Assembly (NCBI GenBank): GCA_963674595.2
Contig: CAXXFV010000003.1
Span: forward strand, 32,001-96,000
Length of the DNA stretch: 64,000 nucleotides
Direction of reading: 5' to 3'
DNA from: a bacterium
GTDB taxonomy: Bacteria > Zhuqueibacterota > Zhuqueibacteria > Residuimicrobiales > Krinioviventaceae
Position 1 is the stretch's first letter. Each line of letters opens with the position of its first letter. This document shows, one piece after another, positions 10,020-20,767 of this stretch. Both the position numbers and the translations under genes were made by a program. Below the pieces are notes generated by a model. That model was not told where the DNA came from. It made no database searches and saw only the letters and a program-made list of their open reading frames with translations.

Positions 10020-10427
10020 ATGACAATGGCAAGAAAAGAATATAATAATCACATTTTTTTTGAAAATCTTTTACATCTGTGCAAAGAAAAAAATTGGTCC
10101 CCAAACAGATTGGCAAAAGAAACACATGTGTCAGCGTCTTTTATATCAAAAATTAAAAATCTGGGTGCACATCCATCGAATACGCTTTTATTAAATTTGT
10201 ACAATATTTTTTCAGACGAAACCAAAATATTAAATCCGTTTTGGCTTTTTTATAATGAAGGTCCGCAATACTTGTACCTGAAAAAAGAAAATATTTTAAA
10301 ATCAGATCCGCTTCAAAACGAACCCGATCAAATTGTTCAGACTGTTAAAAAGATTCGGACCCTCCCTAAAGTAAAACAGGATTCCTTATTACAAATTGTT
10401 AATGGATTTATTACATTTAATAAATAA
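10020..10427 (+). CDS. XRE-family HTH repressor (CI-like)
   Basis: WSPNRLAKETHVSASFISKIKN..PS HTH; divergent from the module operon. Confidence 0.85.
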   Translation: MTMARKEYNNHIFFENLLHLCKEKNWSPNRLAKETHVSASFISKIKNLGAHPSNTLLLNLYNIFSDETKILNPFWLFYNEGPQYLYLKKENILKSDPLQNEPDQIVQTVKKIRTLPKVKQDSLLQIVNGFITFNK

Positions 10428-10745
10428 TTTGAAATGTCTGGCCGCTAACAGAATTATATAAAAATTGTATTAATTTCTGTAAGGACCACCCCGGGGATAA
10501 ACTGATAAATTACTTGTCGAATTAAAATGTTAACTTACTACATACTGCTCTACCCATCCGGCTTTGGATCATTCCGGTGAATTCTAAAATTTAATCAAAT
10601 CAAATATTATTAATTAAAAGATTACAAGAAATCAGGGGTATAAAGAAAATCAAAGCGTCAATACACCTTTTGTGGTACATTTTCAACTACCCCTTCACAA
10701 AATGGGTTACATCCATTCAGTTAACAACTGTTTTAACTATTTTTT

Positions 10746-11657
10746 TTATACATTGCTGTGTGGTCGTACTTTAATTAACCTGTCAAATAAATCTGTCTTT
10801 GTAATATATTTTATCGAATCAAATCCCTTACCTTTCTCATCAATTTTAATCAACCCGAAATAATCCAAAAATCTATCAAAAGTCCGGATTGAATAGCATC
10901 TTGTTGAATAACTCTCCAACGTTCCATAAGTCGGTTCAATCAAATCTAATAAGTTAGGATATGCATTAAAATATTTCTCAGCGTAAAATGAATCCATTCG
11001 TTTTGCTTGTCCGAATTTAGACAACAGAATCAATGAAAATCCAAACCCAAGTTGCCCAATTTGATTATCACCATATCCGTCATAATAAGCCCAATTAAAT
11101 TTCATCGCAAAAGTCTCAAAAATACTTTTCAAAAGTAGAAAATTATCTTGTATCGTTTTTTCTCCGTTTTTAGTCAAACTTAATTTTCCACTCCGCTTTT
11201 TAACTAATCCAGTCAGTTCAATTAATATTCTTGAAAGATTCACCGTCATTGAATCAGTCTCTTTACGCAACTTCGAAATCCCCTTTTCAATGTGTTCCTC
11301 CTTCATAAAGCCCTGTTGATAAAGCTCTGAAACAACTTTTGTCGGTAAAAATCCCTTGTTCGTTAGTTTAATTTCCCCATTTTTCGCAACCAAATCCGTT
11401 AAATATTTAATCTGATTGAGTATTGGAATTTTTTTTAAATCAGAATCAGAAAGTTTTTGAATTTTAATCGGACTTTCCGTTCCAAATGTGAAATGTAATA
11501 TATGGTGCATTTCAAACGGAGAATATCCTTCAAATTCAGGAATAGACCGATTGTTATGCTCAACCATAACCTTGTTTATATGTTTTTGTATGTCTTCTAA
11601 ATCCATGCAGTTATCTCTTAATTTGCTGCTAGTATGCAAAATAACGGTTGTGTACAC
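10746..11657 (-). CDS. Conserved hypothetical protein
   Basis: 303 aa ORF with normal coding pattern (FEGYSPFEMH, KLTNKGFLP, FNWAYYDGY); start may be at MDLED. Confidence 0.75.
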   Translation of the reverse strand: MYTTVILHTSSKLRDNCMDLEDIQKHINKVMVEHNNRSIPEFEGYSPFEMHHILHFTFGTESPIKIQKLSDSDLKKIPILNQIKYLTDLVAKNGEIKLTNKGFLPTKVVSELYQQGFMKEEHIEKGISKLRKETDSMTVNLSRILIELTGLVKKRSGKLSLTKNGEKTIQDNFLLLKSIFETFAMKFNWAYYDGYGDNQIGQLGFGFSLILLSKFGQAKRMDSFYAEKYFNAYPNLLDLIEPTYGTLESYSTRCYSIRTFDRFLDYFGLIKIDEKGKGFDSIKYITKTDLFDRLIKVRPHSNV

Positions 11658-12718
11658 TCATTTTTTTTATTTAACGAAAATAATAGTAAAAAAACAATTA
11701 TTATTTAAATCAAATAACCAGGTATAAATAAAAAACGGACCAATGAGCGACAATGCACTATAATGAAGGCAGGGCCGGGTACTCCATATCCTTCGGTTAG
11801 TACGATGCGGTCAGAGGTCCGATAAAGTCTCAATCCCTCCATAGAAATCAAGTCTCTACTCATAATTTCCGATCTTAAAATGTCTCAATCTCAGCGGAGT
11901 GTAGCGACGTAAGGCCGCCTGCCATAGGGTATTGCTTTTGAAACATTGCAAAGTACCTCATAAAGAACAGCTCTTTTGAACCAGCCTCAAACGGCCCCTC
12001 CGTAGTAATTAGGTCTATTTCCACGGAGGATATGATTAATTTACTTAATCAAATAAATGGTTTTGTGTCTCAATCCCTCCGTGTTGATTAGGTCTATTTC
12101 CACAAAGCCGGACCGATGAGGCGCTTACTCGTGCCCAGAAGTCTGTCTCAATCCCTCCGTAATGATTAGGTCTATTTCCACAAAAGAATCAGGCAGTTTC
12201 TAAACGGTTTAAAGAAAGGTCTCAATCCCTCCGTAATGATTAGGTCTATCTCCACAGTGGTATAAATATTACTTTAGTAGCCCGATTTTTAGTCTCAATC
12301 CCTCCGTGGTGATTAGGTCTATTTCTACATTAATATTGATTTGAATGACAAACAGTACTGTTTTAAAGGTGTCTCAATCCCTCCGTGGTGATTAGGTCTA
12401 TTTCTACTCGAAGAAACAGACAAAAAGGCATTCGGTGAACAAACCAAGTCTCAATCCCTCCGTGTTGATTAGGTCTATTTCCACTATTGACGATTGCGAG
12501 TGGGTTTATTTTATCCATCGTGGCAATCCGTCTCAATCCCTCCGTGTTGATTAGGTCTATTTCCACGGATTGAAATGAAAATAATAGACAATCACGCTTG
12601 TGTCTCAATCCCTCCGTAATGATTAGGTCTATTTCCACAAATAAATATTAAGCTTGCTATATTTTAGTGGACACAAAGTTAAGCACTTTTTATATTATAA
12701 ACCAAAGGAGGTGTCCAC

Positions 12719-13015
12719 ATGACAAACAGAAGACGACGTTACACAAAAGAATTCAAAATAGAAGCTGTTCAGCTTGTACTTTCTAAAAGCAATGGTAATG
12801 CTTCAGAAGTTGCCAGAAATCTTGGTATTGAGCCTAACCTTCTCTCCAAGTGGGTTCGAGAATACAAAATTGATAAAGAACATTCCTTTCCAGGACTAGG
12901 GAACAGCAAAGAAAGTGATGAAATACAGAAACTGCGTAAAGAACTTGCAGACGTAAAACTGGAGCGGGATATATTAAAAAAAGCTGTGGCCATTTTCTCA
13001 AAACCGTCCCATTAA
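12719..13015 (+). CDS. IS3 transposase OrfA
   Basis: RRYTKEFKIEAV HTH; ERDILKKA end. Confidence 0.93.
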   Translation: MTNRRRRYTKEFKIEAVQLVLSKSNGNASEVARNLGIEPNLLSKWVREYKIDKEHSFPGLGNSKESDEIQKLRKELADVKLERDILKKAVAIFSKPSH

Positions 13016-13056
13016 AGTTTGGGTTTATCCAAAAGCATCAACAGGAATTCCCAATA

Positions 13057-13878
13057 GTGAAAATGTGCCAGGTTCTCAATGTCAGCCGGGGCGGGTTTTA
13101 TACCTGGAGCAAGCGACCAATGAGTCAACGAGAACTGGAAAACAAAAAGATACTTGAACGGATCAAACATATCCACAAGGAATCCAGAGGAAGCTATGGC
13201 AGTCCCAGAATAACACAAGAGTTACATAAGGAAAACTTGATTGTCAGCCGTCCGCGTGTTGCTCGTTTAATGAGAAAGAACAAAATTTGTGCAAAAACAA
13301 AACGTAAATTCAAAGTAACCACAAATAGTGATCACAGACTGCCAATATCACCAAATCTTTTACAACAGAATTTTACAGTCAATCAACCCAATAAAGTCTG
13401 GGTTTCTGATATTACATACATCCCGACTCGCAAAGGATGGTTGTACCTGACAGTGATCATTGATTTATACAATCGCCAGGTTGTCGGCTGGGCCATGAGT
13501 AACAACCTGCATGCTTCTTCAACAACAATCCCGGCCCTAAAACATGCATATCATCGTTTTCGTCCTTCAACAGATTTGATTTTTCATTCGGACCGTGGTG
13601 TTCAATATGCATGTAAAGAATTCAGAAAAATGTTAGCTCTTTTTCAAATGGTCCAAAGTATGTCCGGAAAAGGAAACTGCTACGACAACGCTGTTGCTGA
13701 AAGCTTTTTTGGTACTTTGAAAAAAGAACTGATTTATCATCATACTTATGAAACACGATTAATTGCGAAGCAATCAATATTTGAATATATTGAAATATTT
13801 TACAACCGAAAAAGAATTCATTCCTTTTTGGGCAATATGTCACCAGTACAATTCTTAAAATTTAATAAAGCAGCTTAA
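13057..13878 (+). CDS. IS3 transposase OrfB (DDE)
   Basis: WVSDITYI, HSDRGVQY, DNAVAESFF motifs. Confidence 0.95.
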   Translation: MKMCQVLNVSRGGFYTWSKRPMSQRELENKKILERIKHIHKESRGSYGSPRITQELHKENLIVSRPRVARLMRKNKICAKTKRKFKVTTNSDHRLPISPNLLQQNFTVNQPNKVWVSDITYIPTRKGWLYLTVIIDLYNRQVVGWAMSNNLHASSTTIPALKHAYHRFRPSTDLIFHSDRGVQYACKEFRKMLALFQMVQSMSGKGNCYDNAVAESFFGTLKKELIYHHTYETRLIAKQSIFEYIEIFYNRKRIHSFLGNMSPVQFLKFNKAA

Positions 13879-16800
13879 ACTTAACTAGGTGTCCATTTTT
13901 TTATTGCAATTTCATATTGCCATGCTCATAGAACATGCAGAAAGATAGTCTCAATCCCTCCGTAATGATTAGGTCTATTTCCACTTGAGTTTCATGATCA
14001 TGTGAAACGTAAAATCCCACTGTCTCAATCCCTCCGTAATGATTAGGTCTATTTCCACAAAGCTGAGCTTTGGTGATGCTGGTGGCATTGATGCAGTCTC
14101 AATCCCTCCGTAATGATTAGGTCTATTTCCACTAGAATAATTAGAATTGCGGTTTCACCCTTTTAAAATGTCTCAATCCCTCCGTAATGATTAGGTCTAT
14201 TTCCACGGGAATTGGATTAGAATTGTACCAAACTGAGTATTTTAGTCTCAATCCCTCCGTAATGATTAGGTCTATTTCCACTTCTTATGCCGGTGGAAAA
14301 GCAACAAAAATCACGGTTGAACAGTCTCAATCCCTCCGTAATGATTAGGTCTATTTCCACTCTTAATGGTGATGTTCGCACAAAATTGCACAAAATTGAA
14401 GTCTCAATCCCTCCGTAATGATTAGGTCTATTTCTACTCTCTTGTAACAGCACACAAAGAAATAAAATCAATTCTCACAAAGTCTCAATCCCTCCGTGGT
14501 GATTAGGTCTATTTCTACAAGAAATAAAAGAAAGTCGCGACGAATATCGCAAACTTTGTCTCAATCCCTCCGTGGTGATTAGGTCTATTTCTACATAGAC
14601 ATCTCAACATCAAAAGTGCAAGTAACTGCGTCTCAATCCCTCCGTGGTGATTAGGTCTATTTCTACTTGGAGCGGTAGCCTTGTGTTTTACAATGGCCGC
14701 TGGTCCAAAATGTCTCAATCCCTCCGTGGTGATTAGGTCTATTTCTACACCTCATAAAAATAGAGCTATTGACTCTACCATTACCAGTCTCAATCCCTCC
14801 GTGGTGATTAGGTCTATTTCTACATTTACTGCCGTGCAGTTTTCCTTCTTTTAAATCACTCAAAGTCTCAATCCCTCCGTGGTGATTAGGTCTATTTCTA
14901 CAACACCTTACCTCTAATATCATGTCTTGAAAGAAATTCCAGTCTCAATCCCTCCGTGGTGATTAGGTCTATTTCTACCTTAACTGTGAAAGAGTTGGCA
15001 CTAAGGATTCTAACTGTGAAAGAGTTGGCAAGAATGTCTCAATCCCTCCGTGGTGATTAGGTCTATTTCTACAAAAGTGGCGTGACGATTGGTATTTAAA
15101 CCTTAATAACGACGTCTCAATCCCTCCGTGGTGATTAGGTCTATTTCTACCGCACCGGAAATTTTGTATAAAATAGCTGCTATTCCGCAGTCTCAATCCC
15201 TCCGTGGTGATTAGGTCTATTTCTACCATTCGTACTGATTGCTGAAAAGTTATTTGGTTGGTCTGGGTCTCAATCCCTCCGTGGTGATTAGGTCTATTTC
15301 TACTCTTTTTATTGGCTATCGTTGCGTTGAATGGTTGCTGTCTCAATCCCTCCGTGGTGATTAGGTCTATTTCTACGTATTTAATACACGTCAATACAAA
15401 TACGGCGTTGATGACCGTAAAAAGTCTCAATCCCTCCGTGGTGATTAGGTCTATTTCTACCACAATCATAAATGTTTTGGAGCACAGAAAGAAATAAGTA
15501 TTGTCTCAATCCCTCCGTGGTGATTAGGTCTATTTCTACACCTTCAAGACCATCAAGCTTGGCACCCTGAAGGACGTTGCCGGTCTCAATCCCTCCGTGG
15601 TGATTAGGTCTATTTCTACACGATTGAAGTACTAACACTGTCATTGGTCCCAATACCGTCTCAATCCCTCCGTGGTGATTAGGTCTATTTCTACAAGATA
15701 AATTTTTTGATTCACTAAAATCAAGTAGCGTATGTCTCAATCCCTCCGTGGTGATTAGGTCTATTTCTACAAATTCAATATTAACTTGGGAATTAAGTTC
15801 TCAAAAGAAGTCTCAATCCCTCCGTGGTGATTAGGTCTATTTCTACTTTTTAATAAAATTGGAATTAGGTTGTGACAATTGGATGTCTCAATCCCTCCGT
15901 GGTGATTAGGTCTATTTCTACAAAACCAGATGGAACATCATATTACGCAATCAATTCTGATGTCTCAATCCCTCCGTGGTGATTAGGTCTATTTCTACCT
16001 AACGACGAAGCGCTAAGTGTTATCTTCCGGGAAGGATTGAGTCTCAATCCCTCCGTGGTGATTAGGTCTATTTCTACATGGCTTGATGCCAGGTTGTCCG
16101 TATGGGTTGACGAACAGATCGAAAAGTCTCAATCCCTCCGTGGTGATTAGGTCTATTTCTACCACATCGTCACTGTCCGTCTCAGCAGAATTGGCAATGT
16201 CTCAATCCCTCCGTGGTGATTAGGTCTATTTCTACGACTTTTGGTCAACACATGCGTTGATTAAAAGGAAAGTCTCAATCCCTCCGTGGTGATTAGGTCT
16301 ATTTCTACAGCTTTTCAGAAGTTTGGGATTTAGTTGCTCAAGTTAAAGTCTCAATCCCTCCGTGGTGATTAGGTCTATTTCTACAGGTATAATAAAGGGG
16401 AAGAGAAAGAACAAAAATTTGTCTCAATCCCTCCGTGGTGATTAGGTCTATTTCTACTGCCGATCTTGTTGATGCATTCAAGGCCAGAATGAAAGAGCGG
16501 TCTCAATCCCTCCGTGGTGATTAGGTCTATTTACCACTACTTAATATGAACAGCAAACTCTGGAAACAATCGCCAAAAAAAGTCTCAATCCCTCCGTGGT
16601 GATTAGGTCTATTTCTACTTAAAGCTTTGCCGGACCGTATTCGGTATGCAATGCTGTCTCAATCCCTCCGTGGTGATTAGGTCTATTTCTACTCTTTCTC
16701 AGGATTAAAAGCGTCTCTTTTCGGAGATGAGTCTCAATCCATCCGTGGTGATTAGGTCTATTTCTACCCATTTGCAATAGTGAATTTTGAACAAGATATT

Positions 16801-18132
16801 AAGCGTCTCAATCCCTCCGTGGTGATTAGGTCTATTTCTACATATTCGTTAAATCAATAATGGCTTTACCGGCTTTAAAGGTCTCAATCCCTCCGTGGTG
16901 ATTAGGTCTATTTCTACGATGAGCTGGAGGAATTGTTTCAGGATTATCAGCTCTGGTCTCAATCCCTCCGTGGTGATTAGGTCTATTTCTACAGGAAGAG
17001 ATAAGAATGATCCAACAAGCTTACGGGGACCTTGTGTCTCAATCCCTCCGTGGTGATTAGGTCTATTTCTACTTTCTGGTAAAGTTGAGTTTGAAAGTTC
17101 AGAGAATACTGTCTCAATCCCTCCGTGGTGATTAGGTCTATTTCTACATCTTTAAATAACAGTGTAAAGATCTCGACCGGCGGTCTCAATCCCTCCGTGG
17201 TGATTAGGTCTATTTCTACGCTGAAAAAGTTGATCGTCAACTTAAGCACAGATGATGTCTCAATCCCTCCGTGGTGATTAGGTCTATTTCTACAAATAAT
17301 ACGTCTTCTCAGACCCAGCAGACCATAACGTCTCAATCCCTCCGTGGTGATTAGGTCTATTTCTACAAAAATTTACGACTGTTCCCTGGTTGTAAAAAGA
17401 CGTCTCAATCCCTCCGTGGTGATTAGGTCTATTTCTACAAGGATGTACGAATACACCCAACTCAGAAACCTGTTGCGTCTCAATCCCTCCGTGGTGATTA
17501 GGTCTATTTCTACAAATTAAAGAAGCTCAGAACCAAATTCTGAATACTTTGTCTCAATCCCTCCGTGGTGATTAGGTCTATTTCTACGAACATTTACTAA
17601 AAGACCTTAATGAAGCCGGAAAGATAAAGATGTCTCAATCCCTCCGTGGTGATTAGGTCTATTTCTACATTGCGGGTCCAGCAAGAACTCGTCTTCTAAC
17701 AAAACCTTGTTGTAAGTCTCAATCCCTCCGTGGTGATTAGGTCTATTTCTACTGGAATGGTATGGTACAGGTGCTTGGAGTAAGGTAAATGTCTCAATCC
17801 CTCCGTGGTGATTAGGTCTATTTCTACTGGAAATAATATCGCCGAGGTATCCCGCAGACTACAAATAAGTCTCAATCCCTCCGTGGTGATTAGGTCTATT
17901 TCTACTCCAAAAAGAGATTCCCTCTTTCAAAAATTTCTTTGTCGTCTCAATCCCTCCGTGGTGATTAGGTCTATTTCTACATAATATATTGTGCTTCTGT
18001 CTTTTAGTGCTTATGGTGATGTCTCAATCCCTCCGTGGTGATTAGGTCTATTTCTACACATGCTACACAGATTTGGAACAGACATGCTCAGAACCGTCTC
18101 AATCCCTCCGTGGTGATTAGGTCTATTTCTAC

Positions 18133-18341
18133 TGCCAGCTTTGCAACTCATTTATATTTAGATAGATACAAGGGTGATTACCGTTACCCCTTATTTTGGG
18201 CCACTTTTTGTGCATTTTTTCCCTTTTCTGGTTTAATTTTCTGTGCATTATTTAAATAATAATTAATTACTTACATTAAAGTCCGTTACCCCCTGTCAAA
18301 AAGTGCCGTATTTTTCTGGCATTTCGTTTGCATACACATTT
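18133..18341 (-). promoter_or_regulatory. CRISPR leader 1
   Basis: AT-rich region between cas2 and the first repeat; GGGGTAACGG motif occurs twice; conserved in leader 2. Confidence 0.8.
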
Positions 18342-18623
18342 TTACGCAATGTAAATGTCTTTATCTTCCGTTATTTCCCCCTGACCCCATATTTTAATTT
18401 TGCTTTTACAGGTTTCACATATCGTATAGAGTCTGATGCTGTCGTTATCGTCCAGTTTAATTTTTGATAGCATGGTATCCATTTTTTCCAGTTCTTCCCT
18501 GGTAATATCTGCTTCAAATACTGAGTACTGAACGCGTGGCCCAAAATCTTTTAATTTTTTATGTAGCCGTGTGCGTTTTTTGTCTTTTTCTATATCGTAT
18601 GTAACAATTACCAACATAATCAA
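18342..18623 (-). CDS. cas2: CRISPR-associated endonuclease Cas2
   Basis: VTYDI..DKKRT, RVQYSVFE, DSIRLY motifs. Confidence 0.96.
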   Translation of the reverse strand: MIMLVIVTYDIEKDKKRTRLHKKLKDFGPRVQYSVFEADITREELEKMDTMLSKIKLDDNDSIRLYTICETCKSKIKIWGQGEITEDKDIYIA

Positions 18624-18738
18624 TACCCGGCAGGCCGGAGTTCCTGCCTTTTTATGCCAAAGAACTGTTGTATCTTTACATGGTGTTTTTCATTATTTAT
18701 ATTATTTCTTTTTTTTGATCTGCTCTTCTATTATTAAA

Positions 18739-18767
18739 ATTGTAACAACATTTTTTGTATTTGTCAA
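18739..18767 (-). promoter_or_regulatory. Sigma70-like promoter for cas2/array 1
   Basis: TTGACA-17 nt-TACAAT; retained in the inverted copy at 32720-32748. Confidence 0.65.
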
Positions 18768-18768
18768 G

Positions 18769-19800
18769 TTAAAGTTTTAGAGGGGTATACATTGCATCAT
18801 GTTGGACTGTTTTGGCAAGTGCGGCAACCTGTGTTTGAAATTTTTTTCGGAATCCTGATTTTTCCGGGTGCATTGTATCGCTGTCAAATTGTCCAAGCAT
18901 TTGTTCGAATTGTTTGAAAAATACTTTCTTACCAGAAATGGATAAATAAACACCTCCGGTGGGTGGTTTATAAAAATCCTCTTCAGAAAGGGCATTGGTA
19001 TTAAAAAGATTTAATGCCAACCTGTCTATAAATCAATGACGGAATTCTTCCACAAGGTCTAAAGCCAAACTTGGTCGTCCATATTTTATTTGATGATAAA
19101 AGCCAAGATATGGATCAAATCCGATTCCATCCAGTAATGATTGCAACTCTGAAGATACAATAACATAGCCATAGGAGAGAACAGCATTTACCGGATCTTG
19201 TGGTGGTCTTTTTGTTCTGGCGTCAAAGTTCCACGGCGGTTTTATCATTTTGCTGAATAATTTAAAATAAAAAGCGCTGCCGCTACCCTCATATCCTCTC
19301 AGTTCATCCAAGTCTTTGGCATTTTCTGCTTTTGTTTTATAGTCTGAAAATTTTTGAACTTGCTGTGTGGTAAACAAACCCGGATGGTTTGCTAAATGTT
19401 TTTTTATGTTAATATATGCGCTGTTTAGTTTGGACGATACGATTTGTTTTGAAAAAGTGAGGCAAAAATCTGTTTGATGGAATTTTTCAAATTGAGCGAT
19501 TCTCAGTTCAATGTTCTTTTGTTTTGGAGGTGTTAATTGTCCTAATAATGTTCCTGTTAAGGTAAAAAAAGCAAGCTCAATGTTGTGGGTCAACAATTGA
19601 TGAATAGCCGGAGTTGTCACTTCAATATTCCCAAAAATCATGACCTGGTCTATATCAGCACACGGAAGATCCAGTTTTATATCATCCTGAGTGAGATGAG
19701 TTGTGGTGGTCTTTTTTGTTGACGGTTTTTTACATATAAGCAGCCGATCACCACTTTTTCGAAGTATCGTGTTTTGTTCAACAAGGTAAAGTGTAGCCAT
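18769..19800 (-). pseudogene. cas1: Cas1 with one in-frame TGA at 19033-19035
   Basis: LRGYEG, RPPQDPVNAVLSYGY, SLALDLVEEFRH*FIDRLALNLFN; the two ORFs are in the same frame. Confidence 0.9.
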
Positions 19801-20765
19801 TACAACTCCTGTTTATTTTTCAATTCCAGGTATTTTTTTAATGTCAATGGCGGCGGCAGTTTTACCGCATGTGCTCTGTTGCGTTTTTGGGGTTGAGGCA
19901 AATAAACGTCGTCAAATAAAAATATGGCACCCAGAAATTTAAATCCTTCATCAAAAGAGACGATTTTTGTTTTTAACGGATTCAGGTCAAGCTGTAAATC
20001 TTCCAGCAGCATATCTGTCAGTTCGACATTTTCAACAGCTTCTTTTTCAGTCTTTGACAGGATCAAAAAATCATCTGCATAACGTACCAGTTTGCGGTCA
20101 AAGCTTATCAAAATTTCATCCAGTTCATCCAGATACAGATTAGCCAAAATCGGGGAAACTACCGATCCCTGTGGAATGCCTTTTTCCAGCGTCCAAATTT
20201 TTTCACCATCGTAAACGTCTGCTTTAATCCATTTTATAAACAGGTCCGTCACTTTTTTTTCAAGAATGAGTTTGTGTAGTTTTTTAATGAGCTGGTTATG
20301 GGGAACATTGTCAAAATAAGCGTCAATGTCAGCGTCTACAGCATATCGAAAACCAAGGTCGCGCCAGTATTTAATATCCTTAATGGCGGTCTGCACGCTT
20401 CTATTAGGGCGATAGGCGTGAGAAATGGTTTCAAATTCTTTTTCAAAGATATCGCGCGTAGCTAAATAAACCGCAGCCTGGGCAATTCTATCCCGTACAG
20501 AGGGAACTGACAAATAGCGAAAGCTGTTGGAACTTTTCTTTGCAATGGCAAACCGCAATAGCGGGTAGGGGTGATATGTTTGTTGTTTCAAGTCGGTTTG
20601 CAGGGATTGCAGGTTTGTTTCACAACGATATTCAAATCGATTAATTGTTACGCCGTCACTGCCCCTACAGCCTTTGTTTTCACGGACACGGGTAAAGGCA
20701 AGGGAAAGAGCGTTAGAGGAGTGGATCACGTTAAATATCTCATTATTCATTGATAATCGTTCCAA
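19800..20765 (-). CDS. CRISPR-associated group II intron-like reverse transcriptase
   Basis: GIPQGSVVSPILANLYL and RYADD motifs; no maturase X domain seen; stop overlaps the cas1 start (TAATG). Confidence 0.93.
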   Translation of the reverse strand: MERLSMNNEIFNVIHSSNALSLAFTRVRENKGCRGSDGVTINRFEYRCETNLQSLQTDLKQQTYHPYPLLRFAIAKKSSNSFRYLSVPSVRDRIAQAAVYLATRDIFEKEFETISHAYRPNRSVQTAIKDIKYWRDLGFRYAVDADIDAYFDNVPHNQLIKKLHKLILEKKVTDLFIKWIKADVYDGEKIWTLEKGIPQGSVVSPILANLYLDELDEILISFDRKLVRYADDFLILSKTEKEAVENVELTDMLLEDLQLDLNPLKTKIVSFDEGFKFLGAIFLFDDVYLPQPQKRNRAHAVKLPPPLTLKKYLELKNKQEL

Positions 20766-20767
20766 CT

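Larger units (their letters stand above)
4200..10491. mobile_element. Phage-like early/recombination module, copy 1
   Basis: Same gene order and high nucleotide identity to 45760-52058; sharp right boundary at ...GTAAGGACCACCC; left end at a terminator hairpin. Confidence 0.8.
12649..13914 (+). mobile_element. IS3-family insertion sequence inside a CRISPR spacer
   Basis: Imperfect IRs (..TGGACAC..AGTTAAG), 3-bp TSD TAT (12646-8 and 13915-7), orfA/orfB, A-AAA-AAG slippery site near 12976-12983. Confidence 0.93.
11828..18132 (-). CRISPR. CRISPR array 1, about 65 repeats of 37 bp (GTAGAAATAGACCTAATCACCACGGAGGGATTGAGAC), interrupted by IS3
   Basis: 55 repeats counted at 13948-18132, 8 at 12068-12638, plus a split repeat (11882-12024) and a degenerate one (about 11828); spacers about 35-57 nt; leader next to cas2; ATTGAGAC 3' tag gives orientation. 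Confidence 0.98.

Noticed and set aside
10700-11660. Integron-cassette-like ends around the hypothetical gene
   Set aside because: Core sites are degenerate; no complete attC hairpin or integron integrase
11736-11821. Twister ribozyme on the plus strand (GGAC-CAA-TGA...TCA-GAG-GTCC)
   Set aside because: The conserved P4/L4 loop and pseudoknot partners are not found
12363-18259. ORFs with repeated VEIDLITTEGLR / RNRPNHHGGIET peptides (also 33557..33787)
   Set aside because: They are translations of CRISPR repeats
19800-20765. RT as a DGR or retron diversifying the propeller genes
   Set aside because: It is group II-like, YADD-type and coupled to cas1; no template/variable repeat pair or adenine-specific differences were seen in the segments compared
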